A stretch of DNA of 64,000 nucleotides from Deferrisomatales bacterium. Lineage in GTDB: Bacteria > Desulfobacterota > Deferrisomatia > Deferrisomatales > JACRMM01. Positions 19,340-30,769 of the stretch are shown here, in pieces. Both the position numbers and the translations under genes were made by a program. The notes under the pieces are model-generated. The model searched no databases. It was not told the DNA's origin and saw nothing but the letters and a program-made list of their open reading frames with translations. Location of the stretch: positions 1-64,000 of the forward strand of contig JAWSUI010000016.1 in NCBI GenBank assembly GCA_033551855.1. The letters run 5' to 3'. Each line of letters opens with the position of its first letter. Positions within the stretch are counted from its first letter, which is position 1.

Positions 19340-20101
19340 TCACGCCAGGGCGTAACACTTCTCCTTCTCGTCGTACCGAACGAGGCCGTGCCGGGTGGAG
19401 CTGCCGAGGTGCCGCGAGACCTCCGAGGGAGTCAGGCCCAGTGCCCGGGCAATCTCCCCGGAGGGCAGCGCTCGGTGCTGCAGCAGCGAAGCGATCTGGC
19501 TCATGGCCAGCTTCTCCCCCACGGTTTCCCGGAACAGGCGCTCGAACTCCTCGCCCCGGAAGAACTCCGCATACTCCTCCTCGGTCTCGAACTTCAGGCG
19601 GAGCCGTTCCCGCTCGAGGAGCTTGATGTAGGGCACGATCTTCGTGGCGGCCGCGAGACGGGACGCACGCGCCTCCCGGTCGAGGCCCTCCGCGATGCCG
19701 AGGGGCCCGAGCTCCCGGATCTGTCGGCCGAAATCGCTCATCAGTTCCGCAAACCGGGTTCCTTCGGAGCCCGAAATGAACTCGATGCGCAGCCGAGCCG
19801 GGTCGAGCCCGAGGGCCTGGAGCAGCCGCTTGCCGATGTTCGCCATCCGCAGGGCGTAGAAGTTCCCGTGGGTCGTGTAGTTGCACTCGTTGAGGTGGCA
19901 CCCGCCGATGAACACCCCGTCGGCCCCCCCTTGGAAGGCGCGGAGCACGAAGGCGAGGTCGATCCGGCCCGTGCACATGACGCGCATGAGCCGCACTTCC
20001 GGGCTGTACTGTAGTCTGGAAACTCCAGCTAGGTCCGCAGACCCGTAGCCTCACCAGTGACAGACGAACCCGAGGATCTTGGCCTTGAACTTGGTGCTCA
20101 T
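19340..20101 (-). CDS. bamF: BamF (MvhD-like [2Fe-2S] selenoprotein; Sec at 20051-20053) with a C-terminal winged-HTH-like extension
   Basis: ATG 20101 reads MSTKFKAKILGFVCHW-TGA-GYGSADLAGVSRLQY in frame with ORF 19340..19996 (MCTGRID, GGCHLNECNY). The TGA occupies the second Cys of the MvhD CxWC motif. Confidence 0.9.
20011..20044 (-). promoter_or_regulatory. Candidate SECIS element of bamF
   Basis: After the UGA: ggtc-tgcg-gacc and tag-ctgga-gtt-tccag-a-cta hairpins, plus a run of codons rare for this genome (CTA GCT GGA GTT AGA CTA). Confidence 0.6.
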
Positions 20102-20171
20102 GGGACCCTGCCTCCTGTCTTGGAGAATCGAAGTCGTCTCTTCGCGGGCAGCCCCGCTCCCACGTGCCGCC

Positions 20172-23100
20172 CTACCAGTCACCGACGGCGGCGTCGATCT
20201 GGCTGAGGAACTCCTCGTCGGTGAAGTGCTTCAGGGAGATGGCCCCCGTGGGGCACACCGCGTTGCACAGGCCGTCGCCCTTGCAGAGCACGGGGTTCAC
20301 GCCCGCCTTCTTGCCCCGGCCCGTCTCCCGCAGCTCCACAGCCCCGTAGCTGCACGCGGCCACGCACTCCCCGCAGGCGATGCACTTGTCCTCCTCCACC
20401 TCGCAGACCGAGCCGGAGGCCACGACCGTGTCGTGGGAGAGGAGCGCCACGGCCCTGCCGGCGGCTCCGTAGGCCTGGCTGATGGTCTCCTGGAGGTTCT
20501 TGGGGTAGTGGGCGGTGCCGCAGAGATAGACCCCGTCCGTCGTGAACTCCACCGGACGGAGCTTCACGTGGGCCTCCTTGAAGAAGTCGTCCGGGCTGAG
20601 GGCCACCTGGAACAGCTGGGCGAGCTCTCGGTTCTCCGGGCGCGGCGCCACGGCGGCGGACAACACGACGGCATCGGCGTCGATGGCGAGCGTCTTGCCG
20701 AGGATCGGGTCGTCCGCGACGACCCGGAGGGCCCCGCCCTGCCCCAGGGCTTCCACCCGAGGCTTGTTCTCGAACTCGTAGCGGATGAACTTCACGTTCT
20801 TGTCCGCCGCCTCCCGGTAGAAGTCCTCGCTGAAGCCATAGGTGCGCATGTCGCGGAAGAGGATGTAGATGTCCCTCTCGGGCCGGCCCTCCTTGAGCTT
20901 CAAGGCGTTCTTCACCGCCTGGCTGCAGCAGATCCGGGCGCAGTAGTTGCGGTCGGGCTCCCGACACCCGACGCACTGGATCATCACCAGGGTCTCTGCG
21001 GCCGCGACCTTTTCTTCGCCTGTGGCGAGGCCGGCCTCCAGCTCGAGCTGGGTCATGACCCGGGGGTCCTCCCCGTAGAGGTACTCCGTGGGCCGGTGCT
21101 CGGCGGCGCCGGTGGCGATCACGGTCACGCCGTGCTGGATCTCCTGCAGGCGCCCCTTCGACCGCACGCGGGTGACGAAGTTGCCCACGTAGCCGGTGGC
21201 CCCGGCGATCGTCGCGTCGGTGGTCACGTGGACCAGGGGGTGGCGGTAGACCTTCCCCACCAGGTCGGTGACATAGCCCTGCACGTCGAGACCCGTCAGG
21301 GAGAAGTGCAGCCTCCGGGCCGTGCCGCCCAGGTCGGACTCCCTCTCGACCAGGTGCACGTGGTGACCCTGGTCGGCGATGCTGAGGGCCGCGTTCATCC
21401 CGGCCACTCCGCCGCCAACCACCAAAGCGGCCTTGTTCACCGGCAGGTCGAACTCCTGGAGGGGCTCCAGGTGGGCTGCCCGGGCCACCGCCATGCGGAT
21501 GATGTCGTTGGCCTTCTCCGAGGCGGCCTCCTTCTCCTTGGCGTGGACCCAGGAGCAGTGCTCCCGGATGTTGGCCATCTCGCAGTAGTACTGGTTGATG
21601 CCCGCCTCCCGGACCGTGTCGCGGAACAGCGCCTCCAGGGTCCGGGGGGAGCAGGCGGCCACGATGACCCGGTTCAGCCCCTTCTCCCGGGTGACGTCCG
21701 TGATCTCCTTGGCGGAGTTGGTGGCGCAGGAGAAGAGCTGCTCCTGGGCGTGGACCACGTTCGGGAGGGTACGGGCGTATTCCACGGCCGACGGCACATC
21801 GACGATCCGCCCGATGTTCGCGCCGCAGTGGCACACGAACACGCCGATGCGCGGCTCCTCCTGGGAGACGTCGCGCTCCAGGGGGTAGCTCCGCTCGACC
21901 GCCAGCTTCCCCCGCCGGTAGTCCAGGAGCTCCCCGCACTGGGAGCCGGCCGCGCTGGCGGTGAAGACCGATTCGGGGATGTCCGTGGGTCCCTGGAAGG
22001 CCCCGCTGACGAAGATCCCGTCACGCGAGGTCTCCATGGGGTTGGCCGGCGAGGCCAGGCCGAAGCGGTGGGCGTTGAGCTCGATCCCGAACTTCTGGGC
22101 CAGCGCCTCGACGTCCGCGGGCGGGTTCAGCCCGACGGACAGCACCACCATGTCGAACTCCTCTTCCTTCACGCCCTCGTCGGGGGTGGAGTAGCGGACG
22201 GTCACGTTCTTCGTGACCGGGTCCTCTCGGACGATCGACACGTAGCTGCGGAAGAACCGGACTCCCGGCAGCTCCGCGGTCCTCTGGTAGTAGCGCTCGA
22301 AGTCCTTCCCGTAGGAGCGGATGTCGTTGTGGAAGACGGTGCACTCCGCCTCGGCGTCGTGCTCCTTGGTCAGGATCACCTGCTTCTGGGTGTAGGTGCA
22401 GCACACCGCGGAGCAGTAGCTGTTGGCGCCCTCCCGCACCTGCCGGGAGCCGACGCACTGGACCCAGGCCACCCGCTTCGGGTGCTTCAGGTCGGACTCT
22501 CGCAGGATCTCCCCCTGGTACGGCCCCGTGGCGCACATGATCCGCTCGAAGTCCATGCTCGTCACCACGTTGGTGAACTCGCCGTACCGATACTCCTTCA
22601 TCACCTTCGGGTCGAAGGGCTCGATGCCGGGGGAGAGCAGGATCGCGCCGACCTTGACCTCGAGCTTCTCGGGTTCCTGGGAGAAGTCGATCGCGCCCGC
22701 TTGGCACACGGCGTCACAGATGCCGCACTTCTTCTCCTTGAGGTACAGGCAGCTGTCGTCGATGTAGGTGATGAGCGGGATCGCCTGGGAAAAGTAGACG
22801 TGCACCGCCTTGTTGAGCGAGATCTCCTGGTTGAACTTGTCCGGGTACTGAACGGGACAGTACTCCACGCACACGGTGCAGCCCGTGCACTTGTCCTCGT
22901 TGATGTAACGAGGCTTCTTCTTCAGCGTGACCGTGAAGTCGCCCGCGTCCCCCTCCACGCGCTCGACCTGGGTGTACGTCAGGACCTCGATATTAGGCTG
23001 CCGGCCGACCTCGACCAGTTTGGGCGAGAGTATTCACATCGAGCAGTCGTTGGTGGGGAACGTCTTGTCGAGCTGGGCCATGTGGCCCCCGATGGACGGG

Positions 23101-23264
23101 GATTCCTCCACCAGGTAGACCTTGAACCCGGCGCCGCTCAGGTCGAGGGCCGCCTGGATGCCGCTGATCCCGCCGCCGACGACCATGACGTCGCCGTGCT
23201 CGCCCGGGTTGCGGCTCGTGAGAAGGTCCTGGGATTGCCCGTGGATCACGTGTACGTCTGCCAT
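20172..23264 (-). CDS. bamE: BamE (large HdrA-like FAD/FeS subunit); probable Sec at 23034-23036
   Basis: ORF 23034..23264 ([20 protein letters not shown]) continues through TGA in frame as [19 protein letters not shown] into ORF 20172..22958. The TGA replaces the conserved Cys of HdrA DCxxCIL. Two HdrA modules. Confidence 0.88.
23001..23018 (-). promoter_or_regulatory. Candidate SECIS element of bamE
   Basis: ctggtcg-aggt-cggccgg hairpin 15 nt after the UGA; shares GGUCGGC with the SECIS candidates at 47286 and 47888. Confidence 0.55.
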
Positions 23265-23548
23265 GTTTCCCTTCCCTCGTCAGGGTTCGGTGCTGGTCGC
23301 TCGTGAAGGGAGAGCGGGCACCTATGGGCTTGCGTCGATCGGGGTCGATGGTCCCTCGCAACCCCTTGTCTCCCGCGCCAGGATCGGTGGCGATCTTCGA
23401 TCCCCATCCCGATGGGGGTCTCTCGATGATCGGTCCTCGCGGGTCCGGTCTTCCTCTCGCGGGCGGCGCCCCCCACTTCGAGCCGCCCTGTGGTTTCGTT
23501 CGCGGCGAGACCGCTCCGGTGGCGTCTAAGAGATTGCTTCCGGCAGGC

Positions 23549-24700
23549 TCAGAGCGCCTCCTGGAGGATCTCAGTGATGTCCTTGATCTCGAGGGTGTCG
23601 CCCTGCTCGTGGCCGAGCCGGCTGTCCTCCAGCATCGTGATGCAGTAGGGGCAGGAGGTGGCCAGCACCTGCGCCCCGAGGTCCACCGCTTGGGCCACCC
23701 GCAGGTCCGAGAAGCGTTCGCCCCGGGGGGTGTCCATCCAGATCCGCCCGCCGCCCCCGCCGCAGCACAGGCTGTCTTCTCGGCAGTCGGGCATCTCGGC
23801 GAGCTCCAGACCGCTCACGCTCTTCAGGAGCTCCCGGGGTTCCTCGTAGATGCCGTTGTGCCGCCCCAGATAGCACGGATCGTGGTACGTGACCTTCTTG
23901 GGGAGCTCTCCGGTCAACTGCAGCCGGCCCTGCCGGATCAGGTCCCACAGGAGCTGGTTGATGTGCACCACCTCGAAGTGCACCATGAACTCCGGGTACT
24001 CGTTCTTGAAGGTGTGGTAGCAGTGCGGCGAGGACACCAGCACCTTCTTCACGTTGTGGTCCACGAAGGTCTTGATGTTCTCCTTGGCCAGGTGCTGGAA
24101 GACTTCCTCGTCGCCGGCCTTGCGGATGCTCTCCCCGCAGCAGTTCTCCTTGGAGCCCAGGATCCCGAAGCCGACCCCCGCCGCGTCCAGGAGCTTCGCC
24201 GTGGCGGCGGCCACCTTGCGCAGTCTCCGGTCGTAGCTGAGGTAGCAGCCGCTGAAGTACAGGACCTCCATCCCCTTCTCGAACTGGGGCACGGGCAGGC
24301 CCTTGGCCCAGTCCGCCCGGGACTCCCGGCTCTCGCCGAAGGGGTTGCCCAGGGTGTTCATGTTGCCGCTCGCCGCCCGCACCGGGCGGACGTTTTCCGG
24401 AAAGACGCCGTATTCGGTGGCGATCCGCCGCAGGGCGACCCCGGAGTCGATCTGCCGCACGTCCCGGGGGCACCGCTGGGGGCAGTTGTTGCAGGTGGTG
24501 CAGCGCCAGATCTCCTCGTTCTCGATCTCCGTCATCCCGAACGAGGCCTGGCGAACGATCTTGCGGATGCTGAACTGCCGCACCCGGTTCCACGGGCACA
24601 CCACATCGCACAGCCCGCACTGGTAGCAGTACTTGAAGGCTTCACCGCCGCTGGCGCGGATGAGATCGCCGATCTCCTTGTAGTCGCTTACGTTCTCCAC
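23549..24700 (-). CDS. bamD: BamD (HdrC/HdrB-like protein with FeS and CCG domains)
   Basis: From GTG 24700: CYQCGLCDVVCP, CTTCNNCPQRCP, ENCCG, YHDPCYLGRHN, CCGGGGG and SCPYC motifs. Confidence 0.87.
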   Translation of the reverse strand: MENVSDYKEIGDLIRASGGEAFKYCYQCGLCDVVCPWNRVRQFSIRKIVRQASFGMTEIENEEIWRCTTCNNCPQRCPRDVRQIDSGVALRRIATEYGVFPENVRPVRAASGNMNTLGNPFGESRESRADWAKGLPVPQFEKGMEVLYFSGCYLSYDRRLRKVAAATAKLLDAAGVGFGILGSKENCCGESIRKAGDEEVFQHLAKENIKTFVDHNVKKVLVSSPHCYHTFKNEYPEFMVHFEVVHINQLLWDLIRQGRLQLTGELPKKVTYHDPCYLGRHNGIYEEPRELLKSVSGLELAEMPDCREDSLCCGGGGGRIWMDTPRGERFSDLRVAQAVDLGAQVLATSCPYCITMLEDSRLGHEQGDTLEIKDITEILQEAL

Positions 24701-24708
24701 GGCAGTCC

Positions 24709-25275
24709 TCAGCTCTTCTTGGACAGGCGGGCGACGGTGTCCTGCACCTTCTGGAGGCCGAACTTGTGCACCAGAGACTCCAGGCCCACCTCCACCTCCT
24801 CCGGCTTCGGGGCCTCGTCCTCGTCCACCTCCTCTTCCCGCTCCTCGTACTTCAGGGCCCCCACCATGCACCACTTGACGCACAGGGGCTCCTCGAGCTC
24901 GGGCACGCTCTCGCACATGTCGCACTTGAGCGGGAGCCCGGAGTCGGGCTCCTTGAAGAGGTCCCGCGACGGGCAGGAGGCCCGGCACAGGGCGCACTCG
25001 TCGTACTCCTTCCCGTCGATCGTGTAGGTGTTCCGTCCCATGCACTCGGAGGCGGTGTACTCGCCCGCGTAGACGGGGACGTACACGTCCTCCAGCGGCT
25101 TGCGGATCACCCGGACCCGGGAGCGCGCCGGGTTGTTGCCGCTGTATTTGGGCGCGGCGTGGAACGCGGAGCACGCCACCTCGCAGGCGCGGCAGCCGTT
25201 GCACTTGTCCGCGTCGACGTGGATCCGCTTGATCTTCTTGGTCTTCTTCTGGGGCTTCTTCTTGGTCTCAGCCAT
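24709..25275 (-). CDS. bamC: BamC ([4Fe-4S] electron-transfer subunit)
   Basis: CNGCRACEVAC, ECALCRASCPSRD..EPDSGLPLKCDMC and CVKWC motifs; directly follows bamB. Confidence 0.9.
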   Translation of the reverse strand: MAETKKKPQKKTKKIKRIHVDADKCNGCRACEVACSAFHAAPKYSGNNPARSRVRVIRKPLEDVYVPVYAGEYTASECMGRNTYTIDGKEYDECALCRASCPSRDLFKEPDSGLPLKCDMCESVPELEEPLCVKWCMVGALKYEEREEEVDEDEAPKPEEVEVGLESLVHKFGLQKVQDTVARLSKKS

Positions 25276-25308
25276 GGCGAACACCACCCTTTCGGCTTGT
25301 CGATCCCG

Positions 25309-27303
25309 TCACTGCGCCGCCGCCTCCTGGGGAGCCCCTGCTCCGTCGCCCTGCAGAATGCCCTTTTCCAGGAATTCGTCGGCCACGTAGTCCAGACCCA
25401 GCTCCCGAAGCGACTCCTCGGTGGGGATGCCGTCCTCGTTCCAGCCCTTGAGTCGGTAGTAGGCGGTCAGGAGCTGCTCTTCGAGCTCCGGGAACCGCTT
25501 CTTCCAGTGGTTGGCCGGCGGCTTGTCGTCCTTGCGGCGCATCCCCCTGCGGATGTTGTTGGCACGAACCAGGGTGCGGTAGCGCTTGACCGCCGCGGAG
25601 AGCTTCTCCTCGTCCATCTCGAAGCCGGCCCCGGCGGAGATGAACTTCGGGTAGTTGTGGATGTGGTACGGGGGCTTCAGGGGGAAGGACGAGAGCCCGG
25701 CGCACATGCCCAGCGCGTCGTCGATGTAGTGCATCTTCTCCTGCCAGTCCACGATGTCGCAGCACATCTCGACGGTGGGAAAGAAGGGCATCGACTTCTC
25801 GCCCCGCGGTTCCCACTCCAGGAGGATCTGCTTGAACTTGTCGTCGGGGACCTGGAACCAGTCCTTCACGAAGGCCCCGCGCTCCTCCACCGTGAGGAAC
25901 GGCGCCTGGGGGAACTGGCCCTCGATCTGGGTGATGTTCATCTTCTCCCCGGTGCTGTACATGAGGAAGTAGATGGGGTTGAGCATCGAGAGCTTGAGGG
26001 GGAGCTGCTCGTGCTTCTTGATGTTGTTGTGGGCGTACTCCTCGGCGCCCTTGCCGATCTGCTGGGCCGCCCAGTAGGTGCCGTTGGCGAGCACGTCGCC
26101 GATGCCCTCCCGGCGGACGATCCGGTCGAGCAGCCAGTAGAAGCGGCCCTCGTTGTCGGCCGGCATGCCCGGGAAGTCGTCGTCGGTGAGGATGCCCTTC
26201 TCGTAGAGCTCGAGCGCGAAGGCCATGACCTGGGGCGCCGAGAACCCGTCCACCCCGTACTCGGTGGCGCTCTGGGCGATGCCCAGGCCGAACTCCAGGT
26301 CGGAGAAGGCCGCCATGGTGTACGTGAGCTTGGAGAAGCACTTCATCATGTAGGTGGGCTTGCCCGGCGGCTGGATCGTGGCGCCGCAGGTCATGGGGCA
26401 GTTGTAGCAGCTGATCAGCCGCCGCTGCATCTTCTCCATGGTCTCGGTCCACTCTTTCTCGATCTCCTCGGACCAGAAGTCCTTCCTGCGCACCCGGGAG
26501 TTGCCCCACATGAAGTTCTCGGTGTGCCACTTCTCGTCGTGGACCTTCATCTCCTGGGGGGAGCCGAGGCCGGCCAGGATGGGCATGACCCCGGGGACGG
26601 GGTTCTCGGCCCGGAACTTGATGTAGTCCATCACCTCGTTGCAGAGCTCCATGTACTCCGCCGGCCGCGCGACGTTGATGTCCTTGGTGCCCCGGACCAC
26701 GATGGCCTTGAGCCCCTTGTCGCCCATGACGGCGCCGATGCCGCCCCGGCTCGCGCTGGAGCGGCTCTGTTCGATGGACGCGAAGAAGACCCGGTTCTCA
26801 CCGGCCATCCCGATGGCCGCCACCTGGGCGTTGGGCTCGTTGAGCTCCTTCTGGATGAGCGTCGCGGTCTCGATGGCTCCCTTGCCGCGCAGGTGGGAGG
26901 CGTCGCGAATCTCGACCTTGTCGTCGTGGATCCACAGGTAGACGAGGTCCGGGGACTTGCCGCGGATGATCACCTTGTCGTACCCGGCGTACTTGAGCTC
27001 CGGGGCGAGGAAGCCCCCCATCATCGAGAAGGCGAAGAGCCGGGTCTGGGGGGAGATGGTGGAGACGATGGTGCGGTTGCAGCCGGTGGCGGGGGTGCCG
27101 CACAGGAGCCCGGCGCTGAAGATCAGGAGGTTGTCCTCGGAGAAGGGCTCGACCTCGGGGGGCACCCGCTCCCAAATGATCTTGGCGTTCGTGCCCAAAC
27201 CCCCGAGAAACAGCTCCGTGTCCTTGGGGTCCGTCTCCACCCGGTCGATGCTGCCCCGGGAGAGATCGACCTCGAGATTGTATCCGGTCTCTGCGTACCT
27301 CAT
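25309..27303 (-). CDS. bamB: Class II benzoyl-CoA reductase tungstopterin catalytic subunit (AOR family)
   Basis: Closely resembles Geobacter BamB as recalled: MRYAETGY.LEVDL, GSPQEMKVHDEKWHTENF (Zn/proton-donor region), MMKCF (W-ligating Cys), TQIEGQFPQ, CAGLSSFPLKPPYHIHN. Confidence 0.93.
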   Translation of the reverse strand: MRYAETGYNLEVDLSRGSIDRVETDPKDTELFLGGLGTNAKIIWERVPPEVEPFSEDNLLIFSAGLLCGTPATGCNRTIVSTISPQTRLFAFSMMGGFLAPELKYAGYDKVIIRGKSPDLVYLWIHDDKVEIRDASHLRGKGAIETATLIQKELNEPNAQVAAIGMAGENRVFFASIEQSRSSASRGGIGAVMGDKGLKAIVVRGTKDINVARPAEYMELCNEVMDYIKFRAENPVPGVMPILAGLGSPQEMKVHDEKWHTENFMWGNSRVRRKDFWSEEIEKEWTETMEKMQRRLISCYNCPMTCGATIQPPGKPTYMMKCFSKLTYTMAAFSDLEFGLGIAQSATEYGVDGFSAPQVMAFALELYEKGILTDDDFPGMPADNEGRFYWLLDRIVRREGIGDVLANGTYWAAQQIGKGAEEYAHNNIKKHEQLPLKLSMLNPIYFLMYSTGEKMNITQIEGQFPQAPFLTVEERGAFVKDWFQVPDDKFKQILLEWEPRGEKSMPFFPTVEMCCDIVDWQEKMHYIDDALGMCAGLSSFPLKPPYHIHNYPKFISAGAGFEMDEEKLSAAVKRYRTLVRANNIRRGMRRKDDKPPANHWKKRFPELEEQLLTAYYRLKGWNEDGIPTEESLRELGLDYVADEFLEKGILQGDGAGAPQEAAAQ

Positions 27304-27429
27304 CGCCCTCTCCTTCTACGCCACGAATCCCTACTTCGCATCCGTTGCTTCCAGCGCTGCCGGTCCCCGACGCCCGTTCACGGGGTCCCTCTCGGGGGAG
27401 CACCCGCGCCCTGGGCTGGGGGCCTCCGG

Positions 27430-27876
27430 TCAGAGCGGCCGCACCAAATTGATGAAGTCCGAGCGGCCGAAGCCGACGGACTTGAAGAACGACACCATGT
27501 CGACCGCGTCCCAGCGCACCGCCGTGTAGACGCTCGTGATCTTCTTGCGGCGGAACGTGTCGATGATCTTGTCCATCATCGCCTTGCCGATCCCCTCCCC
27601 CATGGCCTGGGGATCGACGCCCACCACCTCGATCCAGCCGCTCTGGTGGAGCCCAAACCCCTCGCCCTTCACCTCGCCGATCACGAACCCCACGATCTTC
27701 CCGTCACGCTCCGCCACGAAACCGACTCCCTGGGTGTCCTCGAGGTGGCGCTCCACCATCCGGGTCCACGTGCGAGGCACCTTCTTCTTGGTGATGGCCT
27801 GCTGGATGGCCACCATCCCGGGGATGTCGGAGCGGCCGAATTCTCTGAGCTCGATCATGGGCCGACGCCTAGTCAA
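27430..27876 (-). CDS. GNAT-family acetyltransferase-fold protein
   Basis: FVAE..GKIVGFV, VGVDP..MGEGIGK (motif A) and FFKSVGF; start overlaps the upstream gene stop. Confidence 0.85.
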   Translation of the reverse strand: MTRRRPMIELREFGRSDIPGMVAIQQAITKKKVPRTWTRMVERHLEDTQGVGFVAERDGKIVGFVIGEVKGEGFGLHQSGWIEVVGVDPQAMGEGIGKAMMDKIIDTFRRKKITSVYTAVRWDAVDMVSFFKSVGFGRSDFINLVRPL

Positions 27877-28066
27877 TGCGGATGATCTTCACGTGCCGGC
27901 CGATCCACTCGGGCGGCAGGTACACGCGGCCGCTGTTGCCGCTCTGCCTCACCTCTTTCTCGATCATCTCCTCGCCCCACACCTCGAACTTCGAGCGCGG
28001 CAACGCCGCCCGCGCCTCCTCGGCTCGTAGATCCGGGCGTTCTTCGGAGTTTTTCGATCGGCCCAT
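27869..28066 (-). CDS. DUF2080-like small protein (AbrB-like swapped-hairpin signature)
   Basis: EKEVRQSGNSGRVYLPPEWIGRHVKIIRID; probable ATG at 28066. Confidence 0.75.
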   Translation of the reverse strand: MGRSKNSEERPDLRAEEARAALPRSKFEVWGEEMIEKEVRQSGNSGRVYLPPEWIGRHVKIIRID

Positions 28067-28159
28067 GGGAGCTCGTCCGCTCGGCGGCTCGCCGGTGTCC
28101 CGTGGTCCAGGCACCGATGCCGCCCGCCTCGGCAGTCGAGGACCACCTCGGAGGCGTGT

Positions 28160-28211
28160 AGCTATACTGAAGCTATGTCGTAACTCTAGGCCAGCGGCCG
28201 GGCGGAGTCAA
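28160..28211 (-). promoter_or_regulatory. Putative sigma70 promoter of the DUF2080-GNAT-bam unit, with a downstream repeat (possible operator)
   Basis: Minus strand TTGACT-17 nt-TAGAGT. AGCTAT occurs twice with an 11-bp period (28160 and 28171) around the predicted start site. Confidence 0.6.
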
Positions 28212-28239
28212 GAGGGGATGCAGGGCCGCGAGAAAAAAA

Positions 28240-28448
28240 GGTTCTTCCGGTAAACGACCGGGTAGGCCCGCCCCCTCCGGCGGACGATGCCGGGCTGTAC
28301 GGTAGGTGCGCTCCCGTGCCGCATCCGGAATCCTCGCGGCATCGCGGATCCCGAAACGGCTGCCCCCGTCGAGCGGCCGTCCGCCTGCGTGGCCGGGCCC
28401 ACCCGGTCGTCCCTGGACACGAGCACCCGGTCATTTGGCGGATGAACC
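28240..28448. repeat. Repeat family A (MITE-like), copy 2
   Basis: TIRs ggttcttccggtaaacgaccgggt / acccggtcatttggcggatgaacc; flanked by A-runs; homologous to 802-1011. Confidence 0.8.
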
Positions 28449-28604
28449 CCAAAAAAAACGTGCTGTCAAACCCTGGTGTGCCCTCCGCAAAGGTGTTCGT
28501 CCCCGGCCCGAGCGAGGAAGAACCGCGGATCCCAGCCGACACGATCGGGTCACGCAACCAGAAACAGAATTAGGTTATATGACCTAACCCATTGTTTTTC
28601 TTGA

Positions 28605-28692
28605 TGGCGGAGGGGGTGGGATTCGAACCCACGGTACCTTTCGGTACGGCGGTTTTCAAGACCGCTGCCTTCAACCGCTCGGCCACCCCTCC
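28605..28692 (-). tRNA. tRNA-Ser (anticodon TGA)
   Basis: GGAGGGGTGGCCGAGCGGTTGAAGGCA-GCGGT-CT-TGA-AA-ACCGC, long variable arm, GGTTCGAATCC, encoded CCA; 88 nt. Confidence 0.97.
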
Positions 28693-28744
28693 GTCAAGGG
28701 GGCTTGGTGCTGGAGCGCGGGAACGCGGTGCAGCGGGGACGCCC

Positions 28745-30728
<1,984 letters not shown>

Positions 30729-30769
30729 GCCCGGCGGGGGCGGCGCGCAGCCGATTGTTTCACAGGTCC

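Noticed and set aside
20172..23264. bamE and bamF as nonsense-mutated pseudogenes
   Set aside because: Both TGAs fall exactly on conserved Cys positions, are followed by hairpins, and lie in an otherwise intact operon.
28450..28604. bam cluster as a tRNA-integrated island (AT-rich patch and taggt/accta palindrome beside the tRNA 3' end)
   Set aside because: I found no integrase and no duplicated tRNA 3' end, and bam codon usage is host-like.
28605..28692. tRNA as possible tRNA-Sec, given the nearby selenoprotein genes
   Set aside because: The anticodon is TGA (reads UCA, Ser), not TCA, and the acceptor stem is a normal 7 bp. It is tRNA-Ser.
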